NCBI RefSeq assembly: GCF_009834535.1
Contig: NC_045697.1
Location: 89,530,001 to 89,594,000 of the forward strand
Direction of reading: 5' to 3'
DNA from: Camelus ferus
Lineage: Eukaryota
Length of the DNA stretch: 64,000 nt
Each line of letters begins with the position of its first letter. The first letter of the stretch is position 1. The translations under genes were made by a program, and so were the position numbers. Below the pieces are notes generated by a model, which saw nothing but the letters and a program-made list of their open reading frames with translations, made no database searches and had not been told where the DNA came from. This document shows, in pieces, positions 26,624 to 39,073 of the stretch.

Positions 26624-28435
26624 GCACCTCCCCCTGTGTGTTCCCTACACTCGTCCAGCCCCAAGGATTTCTACTGAGAGAGTCATGTTCCTCCACTGAG
26701 TTCTGCTATTAGTAACACACTTTTCCCTGACTGCTTTCAAGATATTATCTTTGTCTTTAGTTTTCAAAAATTTGAGTGAGTTTTGGTGTGAATATTTTGG
26801 TATTTATTCTACTTGTGGTTCACTTAACTTCTGGAATGTATAAGTTTACCTCTTTCACCAAATTTGGGAAATTTTTAATCATTTCTGTAAACACCTTTCA
26901 GCCTTACAGTCTTTCTCTTTACTTTCTGGGACTCCAAAGATACAGATGTTCCACTGTCATCTCCATTAGTACCACAGGACCAGTTTTTATTTTCTCCAGG
27001 CTATTCTTTTTCTGTTTTCAAATTGAATAAATTTTATTGATCTGTTCTCACCTTCACTTATTCTACATCACTGCCACTCAACTATTGATCTCTTCCAATA
27101 TAAGGTTTTAATTTAGTTATTGTATTTTTCAGTTCTATTTCCTTCTGGCTTATTTTTTCAAGTGTCTTAAGACTTGCTGCTTTAAAAACTGTCAAATAAT
27201 TGATTCATTAGTTATTGGTGCCAGTTGATTGATGTTGTTCATTTAATTTGTGATTTTCGTGGTACTTGGCATGACAAAGTAGTTTTAATTGCATAATATA
27301 TAATTTGTATATTATGTTGGGAGACGTCTGGTCCTATTTAAATCTTTCATTTTAGCAGGCAGTTGCCCTGGTTAGGTTTAGCATATTCATTCTGGCGCCC
27401 TCTCTGGTGCTACTGAGGTAACTGCTGGGGACAGATCAGATCAGTGTTTTTTTGCTGTATTACATAGATAATGGAACAACTAAAGATTGTACTCTACTGT
27501 TGACTATATTTATACTTTCAATGAGACTATGAGTTTTAAAAATCTAGAAACATGTTCCACACTAAGAGAGAGTAAGAAATATTCATGTAAAAGAAAAAAA
27601 CAAATACACTTTGAAATTATCCAAAAAACTCATGATGAATTACCATTAAATAATTATATTTCAATCCTACCTTTGAAGACTCAAGGCATAGTTAATGTTT
27701 TCCTTTTTTTTTCATAAGAAAAATTGTCTTCTATAATATGATAAATGAAATATTCAATAATGCATATTTTCTAAGGACTGAAATCAAGACTACATTAAAT
27801 ATGTTAAGTGTAGGAAACAGAAGTTTATCCTGTATGTTTTGCTAATAATAGAATTAAGAAAAGTTCCACGTTTTTTGAAAAAACAGAAAACGGGAAAACT
27901 AATTTTAGGCAAATATTTTCTATTACGTAATTGTATGATATACACCCCTATTGATATACACCCCTATGTTGAGGGAAATAAGTAATTTTTCAAGGGTGTA
28001 TTTTAAAATATGGGGACTGGATGAAATTTATGTTCATGTATTAATAGTCTTTATGAATAGGAATCTTTCACTGGGAGTGAATACGGCAAACATTAACTAT
28101 GCATATCTAAGAAGACTGAAGTTACCCTCAAAGAAAATAGTAATTACATAGGGTCTCAAACACTGAAAAGGTACAGCAATCTTGAAAATCCAATTTTTAA
28201 AGAATATTATTTGTTATCTAATTCATGAAACAAATATATTTGACTATATTTTATTGCCACCAAATATAACAACATATCTCACTCTTCAGGTTGAACTGAA
28301 TGTATGTATTCTATAGGTTGCCTATAGAAAGAAATAATTAGAATAAATTTTAATTAAAATATCCAGAATGTTTATGCAGTTGAGTATGAGGTCAATAGGC
28401 CATAAAGAAGTAGAGGTGAAATGTGTAGAGTATGT

Positions 28436-28830
28436 GGAGAATGTCATGCTAAGTGAAGTAAGCCAGAAAGAAAAAAAAGTACCGTATCACTTACATATAG
28501 AATCTAAAAAAAAAATGAGGCAAGTGAACTTATTTACAAAACAAACAGACTCACAGATGTAAAAAACAAAATTGTGATTACCGGGGGGAAGAGGGTGGGA
28601 AGGGATAAATTAGGAGTTTGAGATTTGCAGATACTAACTACTATATATAAAGTAGATAAATAGCAAGGCCCTACTGTATAAACACAGGAAACTATATTGA
28701 ATACTTTGTAATAGCCTATAATGAAAAAAGAATCTGAAAAGGAACATATATATATAGATATAAAACTGAATCACTATGCTGTACACCAGAAATGAACACA
28801 AACTGACTATATTTCAATAAAAAGAAATTT
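28436..28830 (+). mobile_element. Short L1 3' end
   Basis: atgctaagtgaagtaagccagaaag...aactgactatatttcaataaaaag. Confidence 0.9.
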
Positions 28831-30575
28831 AAAATTTTTTTTAAAAGTTAAGTGGAAATATTTAAAAGCTTGCAAGTCAGTAATTAGACTTGTACATTTT
28901 GGGTTTTATCACTGCCTTTTTTATAAACTAAAAATGAGTTCTCATAAAGATTAATGTATTTGAATATTATTTGGAGGCGTACTATATAACTTTTAATTTA
29001 TTCATTTAAATTTACCTGCTTTAAATCAGAAAAAGGAATTATCATTACACTACTTCAACCATGCCCAAAAGAAGTAAAGAATACTCTCAGAACATAAAAT
29101 GGTAGTTTGTCTTTCTCACTCTTTCCAACTTTATATTACAACTTTAATTTCCCCCTGAAACCAGGAACACATACTGATCCATGAAACTGTAATGACTGAA
29201 TCATTATTTCTTCCCCTTCTCATGTTATGTTTTGAGGTTGGGATCCATCATAAATATTAGTATTATCATCTGGATCTGATTAAATGTAATGGATACGCAG
29301 TTTTGGAAAATAACCCACTTTTTTGCCTATTAGTAAATAATATTGATTCTTCTTTACACAAATCACTAAAATTCTGTAACACCCAGTAAAATAATGGTCT
29401 TTAAAAGCTTGCCCAGCCTTGTGTATAAAGTTTTATTTTCATAGTTTAATTCAATCTGATTATTTTGTTTTTTACCATAATAGCTATGACATTACCTACT
29501 GACGTAAAATATTTTAAATATCCATAATTAAAACCTAGGGGGAAAAAAGACAATAAAACTTCAAAACTGGTTTAAAGCTTTGCAGTAATATTTTACTGCC
29601 AAAGAAAGCAGATAAGACTTTCACACTGTGCTGAAAACTGCAGGTAATTAATTCCCATGGCAGAGAAGTGAAGGAAAAGCACATTCCATATTCTCAGGGC
29701 AAAATATAAAAGGAATTCACAGCAGATCCTGTGAGGTTTCAGCATTAACCTGTAAGGGACACTTAGAGTGGACTAGGATGTGTTTGGGGGGGGGCAGGAT
29801 GAGACTGTGAAAGTACAAATTATATCATAGAAATGCTTCTGGCAACACATCATCCACAACAGGAGAAAAAGCTCTAAGTGATACAACAAACGGTGTCTCA
29901 AGTTCCTTACTCATTTCACGTTTAGCCAAATCACTGACTTTCTTTTTCCCTGTCATGCTTTCCTAGCTCAGCCACATTTAACGTCAGATGTAAGAGTGTC
30001 CCTGGCTTTTTGCTTACTTTATTTTCTGACTTTTAAAGAATAGAGGATTCTTTAGGATTTGTAATTCTGCTTTGCCTTCTCCATTTCAGTCATTGATTTC
30101 AAGGGGTAATCTGTAGTTCATCAGTAACTCAAGGAAGTATGTGTGATCTCATGAATCCTGGTGGTTTTAAGATGAAGGTGGGGTGGAGTGAGTAGAAGAC
30201 AAAGGCCTGCACACCATTAACGAGGAAAGCTTGTAATTTTCCTGGGTTTGGCCAAGAGTTGACTGTTTCAAACTGCCTGCAATGTGTTTGATACATCAAG
30301 AGGAAATACAGTAAACAATCCACGGGGGGCCAGAGCAGATCATAGCATCAGATACACAGCATTTGTAGAATATAGACTTTAAGTTCTTCACAAGAAGCAT
30401 TCAGGTGGGCAGCGTTCTGCCTATCATGATTATGCCATGTGTAGAACAAGGAGAATATATTTTTACAGTGACTATCTATATATTTTAAATCATATCCTCA
30501 AAACACACCTTGACTAAATCATTTTCTCATAGATTTGAAGAGTTAATAAAAGCAGTTTAGATGAAAAATATACAA

Positions 30576-31308
30576 AGGAACCCTCCTACTACACTCTTGG
30601 TAGAACTATAAATTGGTGCAGCAACAATGGAGAACAGTATGGAGGTTCTTTAAAAAATCAAAAATGGAGTTCCCATATGATCCAGCAGTCCCACTCCTGG
30701 GCATATAGCTGGAGAAACTTTAATTCAAAAAGATACACTCACTCCAATGTTTATATAGCAGCAATATTTACAGTAGCCAAGACATGGAAGTAACCAAAAT
30801 GTCCATCGACAGATGACTGGATAAAGAAAATACAGTGTGTATGTATATACACACACACATATACACACAATGGGGTATTAGCCATGAAAGAGAATGAAAT
30901 AATGCCATTTGTAGCAATATGGATGGACCTAGAGATTATCTTATTCAGTGAAGTTAAGTCAGAGAGAGAAGATAAATAACACTTATATGTCGAATCTAAA
31001 AAATGATACAAATAAACATACAAAATGGAAGCAGGCTCACAGACGTGGAAAGCAAACTTCCAGTTACCAAGGGGAAAAGGAGGGAGGGATGAATTAGCAA
31101 TGTGGGATTAGCATGTGCACACTACCCTATATCAGATAGATAAGCAAGGACCTACTGTGTAGCACAGGGAACTACATTCAGTATCTTGTAATAACCCATA
31201 ACGGAAAAGAATCTGAAAAACTACATATATAATCTGAATTGCTTTACTGTACACCTAAAACTAACACAACATTGTAAATCAACTATACTTCAGTTTTTTT
31301 CAAATGGA
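30576..31308 (+). mobile_element. 5'-truncated L1 with a perfect 12-bp TSD
   Basis: TSD aaaaatatacaa at 30564-30575 and 31309-31320, enclosing an ORF2 end and 3' UTR. Confidence 0.95.
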
Positions 31309-34300
31309 AAAAATATACAATACTCGATCCTTCTTGAGGGCAGAATTCACAAAATGGTTTTAAGAAATCTATGCAAACACCTGTGAGAATGGTAAGCTGC
31401 AAAAAGACCTAGATACTATCCCATAGTTATTTCTATTTTTCCCCATACTTCATAAAATTTTAAGAATTCCAGAATTTTAAAGGCTATGTCTGATAAGCAC
31501 GAAGGTCCAACAATTGCAGGTGCCCTGTGTATCTATTAAATGCCATTGAAACTACTGACAGATTTGGCTCATGTGCCAGTGGAGTCTTCTGCCATGCCAA
31601 ATCACTTGATAGGTCAAGAGAGAAAAGAGAAGGAATTGCATGTTATTTTTCCAGATGGTGTTTTTGAAGCAGTGTTCTACAAACCAGTAAGAGTTCTAGA
31701 GATACACAATCCCATTATTAGTGGTGAGGGAGGGTGACTGGAGGGCCAATAAGCAATGTTTTGAGTTCTGCAAATACTTTAATCAGAGCAGGTTTGCTTT
31801 TGTCTGCTTTACATTCTGGAAAACCTCTCCCACTTAAACTGTCAGTACACTATAAAGGCTGTTCTAGTACCAGATGAACGATCCAGATCTCAAATGCACA
31901 TATGTAAAAAGAAGAACAAACTGTGTGTCCTAATTATTTTTACTGCTAAGCTGTTGGAGCACATATAAGGAATGTGCTGTTGTGGTCTTGTGTCCCTGCT
32001 TAACAGAGATTGCCAGGTAAACAATTACAATTAACAAAGGCTTTTCCACTCCATTTGTTAGTTTCAGTGTGTCCTTATCACTCAACACAAAACTCATAAA
32101 AACATAGCAGTAATTCCTTAATTATCAGAAGGACATTCAGTTAGCTTTCAGAGTTGTGAGTTTTGTTTTAGTTTGCTTTTCTAGTTCAATCTGTATTGAC
32201 CCCACAGTGTTCACGAGGTATTACACAATCGTGACAATAGGTGCAGGTGAGTTTTGCAAACCAAAATGCTCTGAAATGTGAATGCATGCTTTTCCCTGAA
32301 GAGCTATTACTAAACCAATGGCCTCATAAAAATCTATTTTAAAATCAGATAATTAATAGCTGATGGTTACTGTTAAGAATATCTCTCTGGTGGATTCTTT
32401 TGATCTTGAAGCAATTTAGCCATATAAGTATCAATACTACGTTGGATACAATGATTTTCCCCCCCAACTTCCACAGACAAAAAGAGACTGATTGATTCAG
32501 CTTGATGACTGAATTCTGAATAGTAAAAGCTCAAATCTTTCTCTACCCTTTTCTTCCCAATAAATCCAAACTGCCTTTGCAGACAGATTTGACTGTATTA
32601 GTATGTAAAATGGGATGACTAATTCCCGCTATCCTATACACAGAAAGAGTGATACTCACATTTTTATTCATTGGGTTCTTTGTGTCCCTGAAGGCTTGAA
32701 GGTGGTGATTCTTCTACCTGTCTTAGCTATCAACAGGGTATCTTTCCCATTCAGGCTGAGGTTATAGCTTATTACACATGTTATCCTGCCATTCTCGATT
32801 TTACGGCACACACAGCACTGTATTTGGTATGTCTTTGAAAGCCTCACAGAACACAGCACAGTTTCTAGGACACTGCAGGCCTTATCTATGTCTGTGTCTC
32901 TGTTGCACACGTGTGTGTGCATGCACACGCATCAGAGATGTTGACTTTTGAGAGATCAGAGTTTTAGAAAGAAGACACATGCTGCTGACTTGTGTTTGCA
33001 CTAAGATAAGGAGGTGTTTGGGTTATTCACCCTCACCTGACTCAGTCCCTGGCTGATGTGTAATAAAAGTGCACCTGAAAAATATGGTTTCCAACAAGTC
33101 ATCTTTCTAGAGGGTAAAGAAATATCAAAATCTGTAACATTTTCCCCAATGTAAAAATTGTCATCAATGATAAAATCTTGAAAGCAAAGAAGCATACTAG
33201 TTGACTCTCAAAATTTTTTTTGAAAACCTATAAATAATATCTATTTGAATTGGTGAATAGTAGTTTTTCCTGCTAAAACTGACTTGCTTTCTCCTCATTA
33301 CCCACCCCCAATCTCCTTATTTAATTCAGATGCCTTTAGTTTATTGGCTTGGCCATTAAAGCATAACCAAAAAGAAAAAGAAAAGTTTCTTGCTTTCCAA
33401 AAGTATTTGAGTGTTGGGTTCACTTTTGGTTTCACATTAACTTAGGATAATCACATAAGTTGTTGACAAATAAACATTCAAGAAATTTTTATAAAGGATA
33501 ATCTTGGCAAACCACAACAGCCTTTAAACTTTACTTTAAATTAAGATTCTAGCAGTTTATTATGTTACTTTGTGCCAGGATAAGGCTATAAATGACTCTC
33601 ATATTCAAAAGAATGTTTCCATTTAAAATTTACATTTACAAGTCTAATACGTTGTTGGAGCTCATTCTAGTCACAGAAAATATACTGAGTTGTATAACTT
33701 AACTTTATTAGAAACCTAACTCAATTGTTCCTTGAATCAATTTAAGTTAGTTTATAGTTTTTTTATGATGAAATTTGGTAGGTAAATTAGTGATAATGAT
33801 AAATCTTAAAGTAAATTACTAAATAGTTTAATACAGATAAGTTACTTATTATGAAGTTAGTGTGTTCAACTATTCAATCGTAAATCAGTTTTGAATTTCC
33901 TATTACTTTGTGATCAGTTTAAGCAGATTGTTTGGACTATCCTGATGTTAGGTTTAATTTTAGAATATAATTTATAGAAGGTATCTAGAACTGTATTGAG
34001 TACATTAAAGACACATGGCATGTGGTTTCAACCCAAAGGAGATGCTTCATCCACTATGAGAAATATTATGGCCAATAGGGTAATACATTATAGGCCAGTT
34101 CTTTGAAAATGTAAATTGTAATCCTTAAAATTCTTGCAGAGTTTCAAAATTCTAAATTATGTGACATAATTGGCAATTTTTTTAGAAAAATAATAAATGC
34201 TTGGAAATCATTTTGGCAACCTGAGTTTCTTCATGAATACTGACAAGTTCATATTCTGCATTTTTGTGCTTAAATGATTTAAATTTTGAGCACGATGGAT

Positions 34301-34863
34301 GGCATGTCATTCTCTCAGAAGACATTCAATACCATGGATAAGTGTATGTCAGAAATAAAAAGAAAAATGTCATAACTAAATTGGCTTCAGTGGGAAAACT
34401 AAAACTGATTTTTGTGAGAACCATAATGACCTGAATTTTATTTATGGCAAGTTGTATACGCGATTCTTCAAAAAAGTTCTGACCTGAGAAGTAGAGTTTG
34501 AACTACTCCAGGGGAGAACAAACATCTATATTAAAGTGTTTATAGTGTTATTTTTTATTGGCTCATCTAAGGAGAGGAAAGTGTTTACAAACCATTTATA
34601 ATCTTCTATGTATCTTTCATTAAAACACAACAGAAAGTGCTTCCAACTGTGCAGATATTTCATATGAACACAAAGAAAACATACATATACAGTTGCACAC
34701 ACACAGGTATACACATGGGGGAAGATTTCCCAAGACTGAGAAGTAGCACAGTTATACTATTGAAACTGAAATGAAACAAAAGCCTCTGGTCTATGTTGTG
34801 ATGAGTAAACTACCATGGATGATCTTAAATGAAATGGAAAATATAAAAGATGTTTAAAACTGG

Positions 34864-35020
34864 CACACAGTGTAATTATGTATGGTGACAGATGTCAGCT
34901 AGACTTACTGTGGTGATCATTTTGCAATATATGTAAGTATTGAATCATGTTGCATACCTGAAACTAATTTGTTGTATGTCAACTGCACCTCAGTAGATAG
35001 GCAGATTTCAAAAAGAGAAA
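34864..35020 (+). mobile_element. Very short L1 3' tail
   Basis: tactgtggtgatcattttgcaatatatg...acctgaaactaat...gtcaactgcacctca. Flanked by aaaactgg at 34856-34863 and 35021-35028. Confidence 0.8.
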
Positions 35021-36616
35021 AAAACTGGTATGTATATAGGTTATGGAGAAATATAGACTGGTATCTGCTGTCTGCTAACTGTGTACAAATATAATAAAAA
35101 ACCCATGAATTACTACCGTATAAGAGGTACAGGGAAACAATATTTGCTCTATTATCCAGATGAGAAAACTGATGCAGACAGTATCTAACTTGCTCCTGAT
35201 TGCACAGGTATGTATAAGAGATAAAACTCTGGATTTGAATCTAAATCTGAATTTCAAGGTAATATCTCCACTGACTCGTGGCTTGGGTATGTGGGTCACA
35301 TAAGGCAATATTTGTAAAATGCCAAATATAGTGCCTGAAGTACAGTAACTATTAAAGGCTAGCTACAATTATTGACCTTTATTAACAGTTAGCTCCTACC
35401 CTTTTGGAGATGCTGGGCAATTAAATAGAAAATAATTTTGGATCCATCTTAATCTTCAATTCCATATAGACTGATTATAATCCTATGGAAAGACACTTAT
35501 GAATATAAAATAAAATGAGAAAGTGTAATAAGCTGAACCTGTGCTGTATGTTATTCCAATACCCTGTTTCTGAGAGTGACAACAGTTGCAGTAGTGCTTG
35601 GTATTCAGTTTCCTAATGCCATCCTCAACAGAAATTCACTTATGACAATAACCCCAAATTCCATTATTTATTAATAATGCTGTCACAACATTCTTGCATT
35701 TAAGTTCTTCCAGAATCTTTGTCAAAGCCTACCACATATCTTTGGGTGGTAAGGGTGAGGTTGGAAGGAAGGGAGCTCTTAGGAGATCAAATCCTTCCTA
35801 GCCATATTGTAAACATCAACCTAACTTGCAAACCTTCCAAAACACATATGTTGGTCTAATTTTGTCACAAATTCTGTGCCGAACATTGACGATGCAGTAG
35901 TGTGCAGAGAACCCACTGTGCCCTGCTGCTATAGCATTTAGAGCCTTTACTGAAATTCAGACAATACAAGCTCTGAATAAATGTGTGATAAGTGCTTTGA
36001 TAAGGAAAGAATAGAGTGCCCTGAGGTCAAATGCAAGGAAGCCCTGCCCAGACTAAGAGAGTCAGAGGAATTTCCCCAGAGAGAGAGAGAGGTTAAGGCT
36101 GAGAACTGCTACAAATTATAAACTGTGATCCCTGGTTTCGGGTTTTTTCAATCCTAATGAAAACCTTATCTACCCACCGAACCATACTTGATAAAAATTT
36201 TATAGGCATTGATTATATTCTTACTTTTGGACTTCTGGGCCCAAACCAAATGAAATAAGTAGTGTTAAACAATTAAGTAAGTTATAAAAAGAGCGAATGT
36301 GGTGTCTCCCAAAAATGTATTTTAAATGGGTATATATTCAACTGCTCTAAGCCTTTAAGGACAGAACTAGACAAATTGATTTGCCTGCTGTGCATATGCG
36401 TCTGTGTGTGTGTGTGTGTGTGTGCATGCATAATTTTGTAATTATCCCAAAGAAGCATTATATCTGATGGCATAATCAATTATTTCTTGCTTACTATTTC
36501 ATAAAATGAGACTGCACTACAAACATTGTAATATGTGATACTCTGAATATAAGGGATTATAGTAAAATTTCTGAAAGTCAAAATTAAATAATGACCAGAA
36601 ATAAGAATTACATAAA

Positions 36617-36745
36617 AGACATGTTAATTAGATGTATTGTGGTGACTTTCACACAGTATACAAAAATTGAATAATCATATTGTATATCTGAAACTAATAT
36701 TAATGTTACATGTCAATTATGCCTCAATTTAAATTTTAATTTAAA
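36617..36745 (+). mobile_element. Very short L1 3' tail
   Basis: atgttaattaga...ctgaaactaatattaatgttacatgtcaattatgcctcaatttaaa. Confidence 0.8.
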
Positions 36746-37299
36746 AAAGTCATCTTTCAGTTTCACAGGAAAAAAAGGGAATATACAGACATCTGTGTAT
36801 CCCTGTATAAGTGTTTCTGTTCATCTTAGCCATAAATGCTATGATTTCTTGTCAAGTGACCTATTTATACCATGGGCAACATAGGAAAACATGTTGTCAC
36901 TGATAGAGAAGCAAATTGAGCAGCATTTTGGTAACTGAAAAGGTGTATCAGATCTTACATGGTGGGAGCAAAAGCAAGCCAGCTTTTCCTTCACAATGCC
37001 AGTAAACTGAACCGAAGAGACAAACTTTCTGCCAAAGAAAGAAAATAAAATCTAAACTTCGGATAATGATGTAATGAAATAAGCATAAAGTGAGGATAAT
37101 AGTGATTCTCATCATTCTGTAAAGAATAAAATAGAAAATAGTACAGTTACACAAATCTCAAATATTAGCTAATGGTTGCTGATTACTTGCCATAATGGGA
37201 GGCTCAAGTCCAAGTGATTTACATGTTTTTAACATCAAAACAATAATCATTTTACTATCTATCTTCACTTTATAGATAAGGAAATTGAGACAAGTTGAG

Positions 37300-38045
37300 T
37301 GTGGCAATTTTAATATATAGCTGACTCTTGAACAATATGGGTTTGAATTGCATGGATCTACTTATATGTGGGATTTTTTCAGTAGTAATTAATTAGTACA
37401 GTGCTGCATAACCTGTGGTTGGTTGAATCCTCAGATGCAGAACCACGGATACAGAGGAACTGTGTATAGGAGGGCCAACTATAAATTATACTCTGATTTT
37501 CAACTGCGCTGAGGGTTGGCGCCCCTAACCCCTGGAGTTGTTCAAGGGTTAACTACTTATCCACATGTTCTTTGGTATTCCTTCCTTCAAGAGGTGAAGC
37601 GTAAATCCCCTCTCTGGAGTGTGGGCTGGACTTAATGCCTTGCTTATTATTAATACAATATGGTTAAAGTACAACATGTGACTTATAAGACTCATTCATA
37701 TAAGACATTGTTGCTTCCTCTTTGCTCACTCTGTCAGATCACTTGCCCTGAGGGAAGCCATCTACCATGGTGTGAGAACTCCCAAGCAGCCCTGAGGACA
37801 GGCTCAAGCAGTGAGTAATTAAGGCCTCTAGCCAACAGACAGGAACTTAGGCCTCTGCCAACATCCATGAGTATGAACTTGGAAGTGAATCCTCTGGCCC
37901 CAGGCAAGCCCTCAGGTAAGTACTACCTTGACTAAAACCTTCACTCCAATTATCAAGAAACCGAAAATGTGAGATGATAAGTGTTTACTGTTCTAAGTCA
38001 TTAATTTGGGGGTTAATTTGTTAACACAGCAATATACATGTAGAC
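37300..38045 (+). mobile_element. MLT1F-like MaLR solo LTR, interrupted by a MER8-like element and lying inside a MIR
   Basis: ttcaagaggtg...tgtgggctggacttaatg...gggaagccatctaccatggtgtgag...tgtgagatgataagtgtttactgttctaagtc...acagcaata. Confidence 0.8.
37318..37555. mobile_element. MER8-like TcMar-Tigger MITE, full length
   Basis: Terminal inverted repeats tagctgactcttgaacaa / ttgttcaagggttaacta, 238 bp long, preceded by TA. Confidence 0.88.
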
Positions 38046-38567
38046 TTGTATAAATTGAATATTTGAAAATTAAATTTAGGAAATGTGGCTTCAAAGCTGA
38101 AGCTCTTTTATAAAATGGTGGTAGTAATGGCACTCATTTGACTTTCTGCCATATACTAAAAATTCTCCCTCACACTTCCAAGAGCACCAATCAATAGATA
38201 ACATTTTATTTACTCTGGCTCAAATGGGTTATGTTCCTTGTTGAAAGCCACTGTGCTACCCAGGTAGAAAAAGATGGAAGCACATTAAGCATTCATTTAG
38301 GGCTATAACACTGATTAAATTAGGTAAAGAAAAACAGAGATTTGATACTGAGACTTTAGTACAATTTTATATTAACTATCTGCAGGAAATCAGAAAAATA
38401 AGGTGATACTTGAAATCATTTTATAACAATTTTTATAAATATCATTGGATTGAAGATGGTACTATTACTGTTGCTAATGATAATACTTAAACAGGTTAAA
38501 ATTGAGTAGATATGTACTAGATAAGAATAAAGATAACATGTCATCTTTTTTTTGATGTAGTCTTGTT

Positions 38568-38780
38568 ATAGATAAACACATTTCTTCTGTAAAGGGCTAG
38601 ATAGTAAATATTTTAGGTTTTGAGGACAATGAGAATTCAGTTGTAACTATACTACTCAGCAACTGTAGTAAAAATCAATCATAAATAATATATAAATAAT
38701 CATATGGTTTCATTCTAATAAAACTTTATAAAAACAAGTGGTTGGCTGCATTTACACTGAGTTATACTTGGCTGACCCCT
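38568..38780 (+). mobile_element. MER58A-like hAT-Charlie MITE
   Basis: ttctgtaaagggctagatagtaaatattttaggttttg...aataaaactttat...gctgacccct. Confidence 0.85.
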
Positions 38781-39073
38781 TATCAAATATAAAGTACTTG
38801 ATATAAAAGAAACATCTCTGATGTATTTTAGCTTACATTTTTGTCCTGTCTTAGACAATGCTATTCAGAAATGGAGGCTATACAGATAGTAGCAAAATGG
38901 ACAGAAAGGACTTAGTTATACTCCCTGATCACAAATAAACAAGACCAAAATGAAATTTTACAGGAAAAATGACAACAAAGGAGGATAGGGCTGAAGACTC
39001 TCCATGGAAGGTTATCATGAAACTACAAGTGTGCGCAGAGTGATAGAAAGGTAGTGGGAAGAATGTTAGCTAT

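Larger units (their letters stand above)
22330..26634 (-). mobile_element. Younger L1 with an intact 5' end, ORF1 remnant and a large internal ORF2 deletion
   Basis: 5' end gggggaggtgccaagatggc, GC-rich 5' UTR, ORF1 ATG at 25246. Inter-ORF sequence joins directly to mid/late ORF2 at ~24230 ([22 protein letters not shown]). 3' UTR and T-tail at ~22330-22350. Confidence 0.9.
16440..27380 (-). mobile_element. Long old L1M element (ORF2, inter-ORF, ORF1) interrupted by an ERV-L fragment and two younger L1s
   Basis: Continuous antisense ORF2-like text at 16440-20070. Inter-ORF/ORF1 sequence resumes at 21138-21501 and again from 26635 (ctgctttcaagatattatctttgtctttag...ccaaatttgggaaattttt). Confidence 0.85.

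Noticed and set aside
25408..26696. Cluster of GC-rich ORFs up to 144 aa
   Set aside because: They lie in the L1 5' UTR, where high GC lowers stop frequency. No recognisable protein.
27392..27409. CTCF-like motif (also similar cores at ~45932-45948 and ~50008-50024)
   Set aside because: Only the 3' core matches and the 5' half has several mismatches.
27936..27967. 16-bp tandem duplication tgatatacacccctat x2
   Set aside because: Ordinary slippage duplication, not an array.
31655..31686. Exon candidate (tttttccag|ATGGTG...CCA|gtaaga)
   Set aside because: Splice-like signals of this strength are common by chance, and the peptide is unrecognised.
32660..32717. Minus-strand exon candidate ending at gtgagtatc
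   Set aside because: Stops in all three frames and a poor acceptor.
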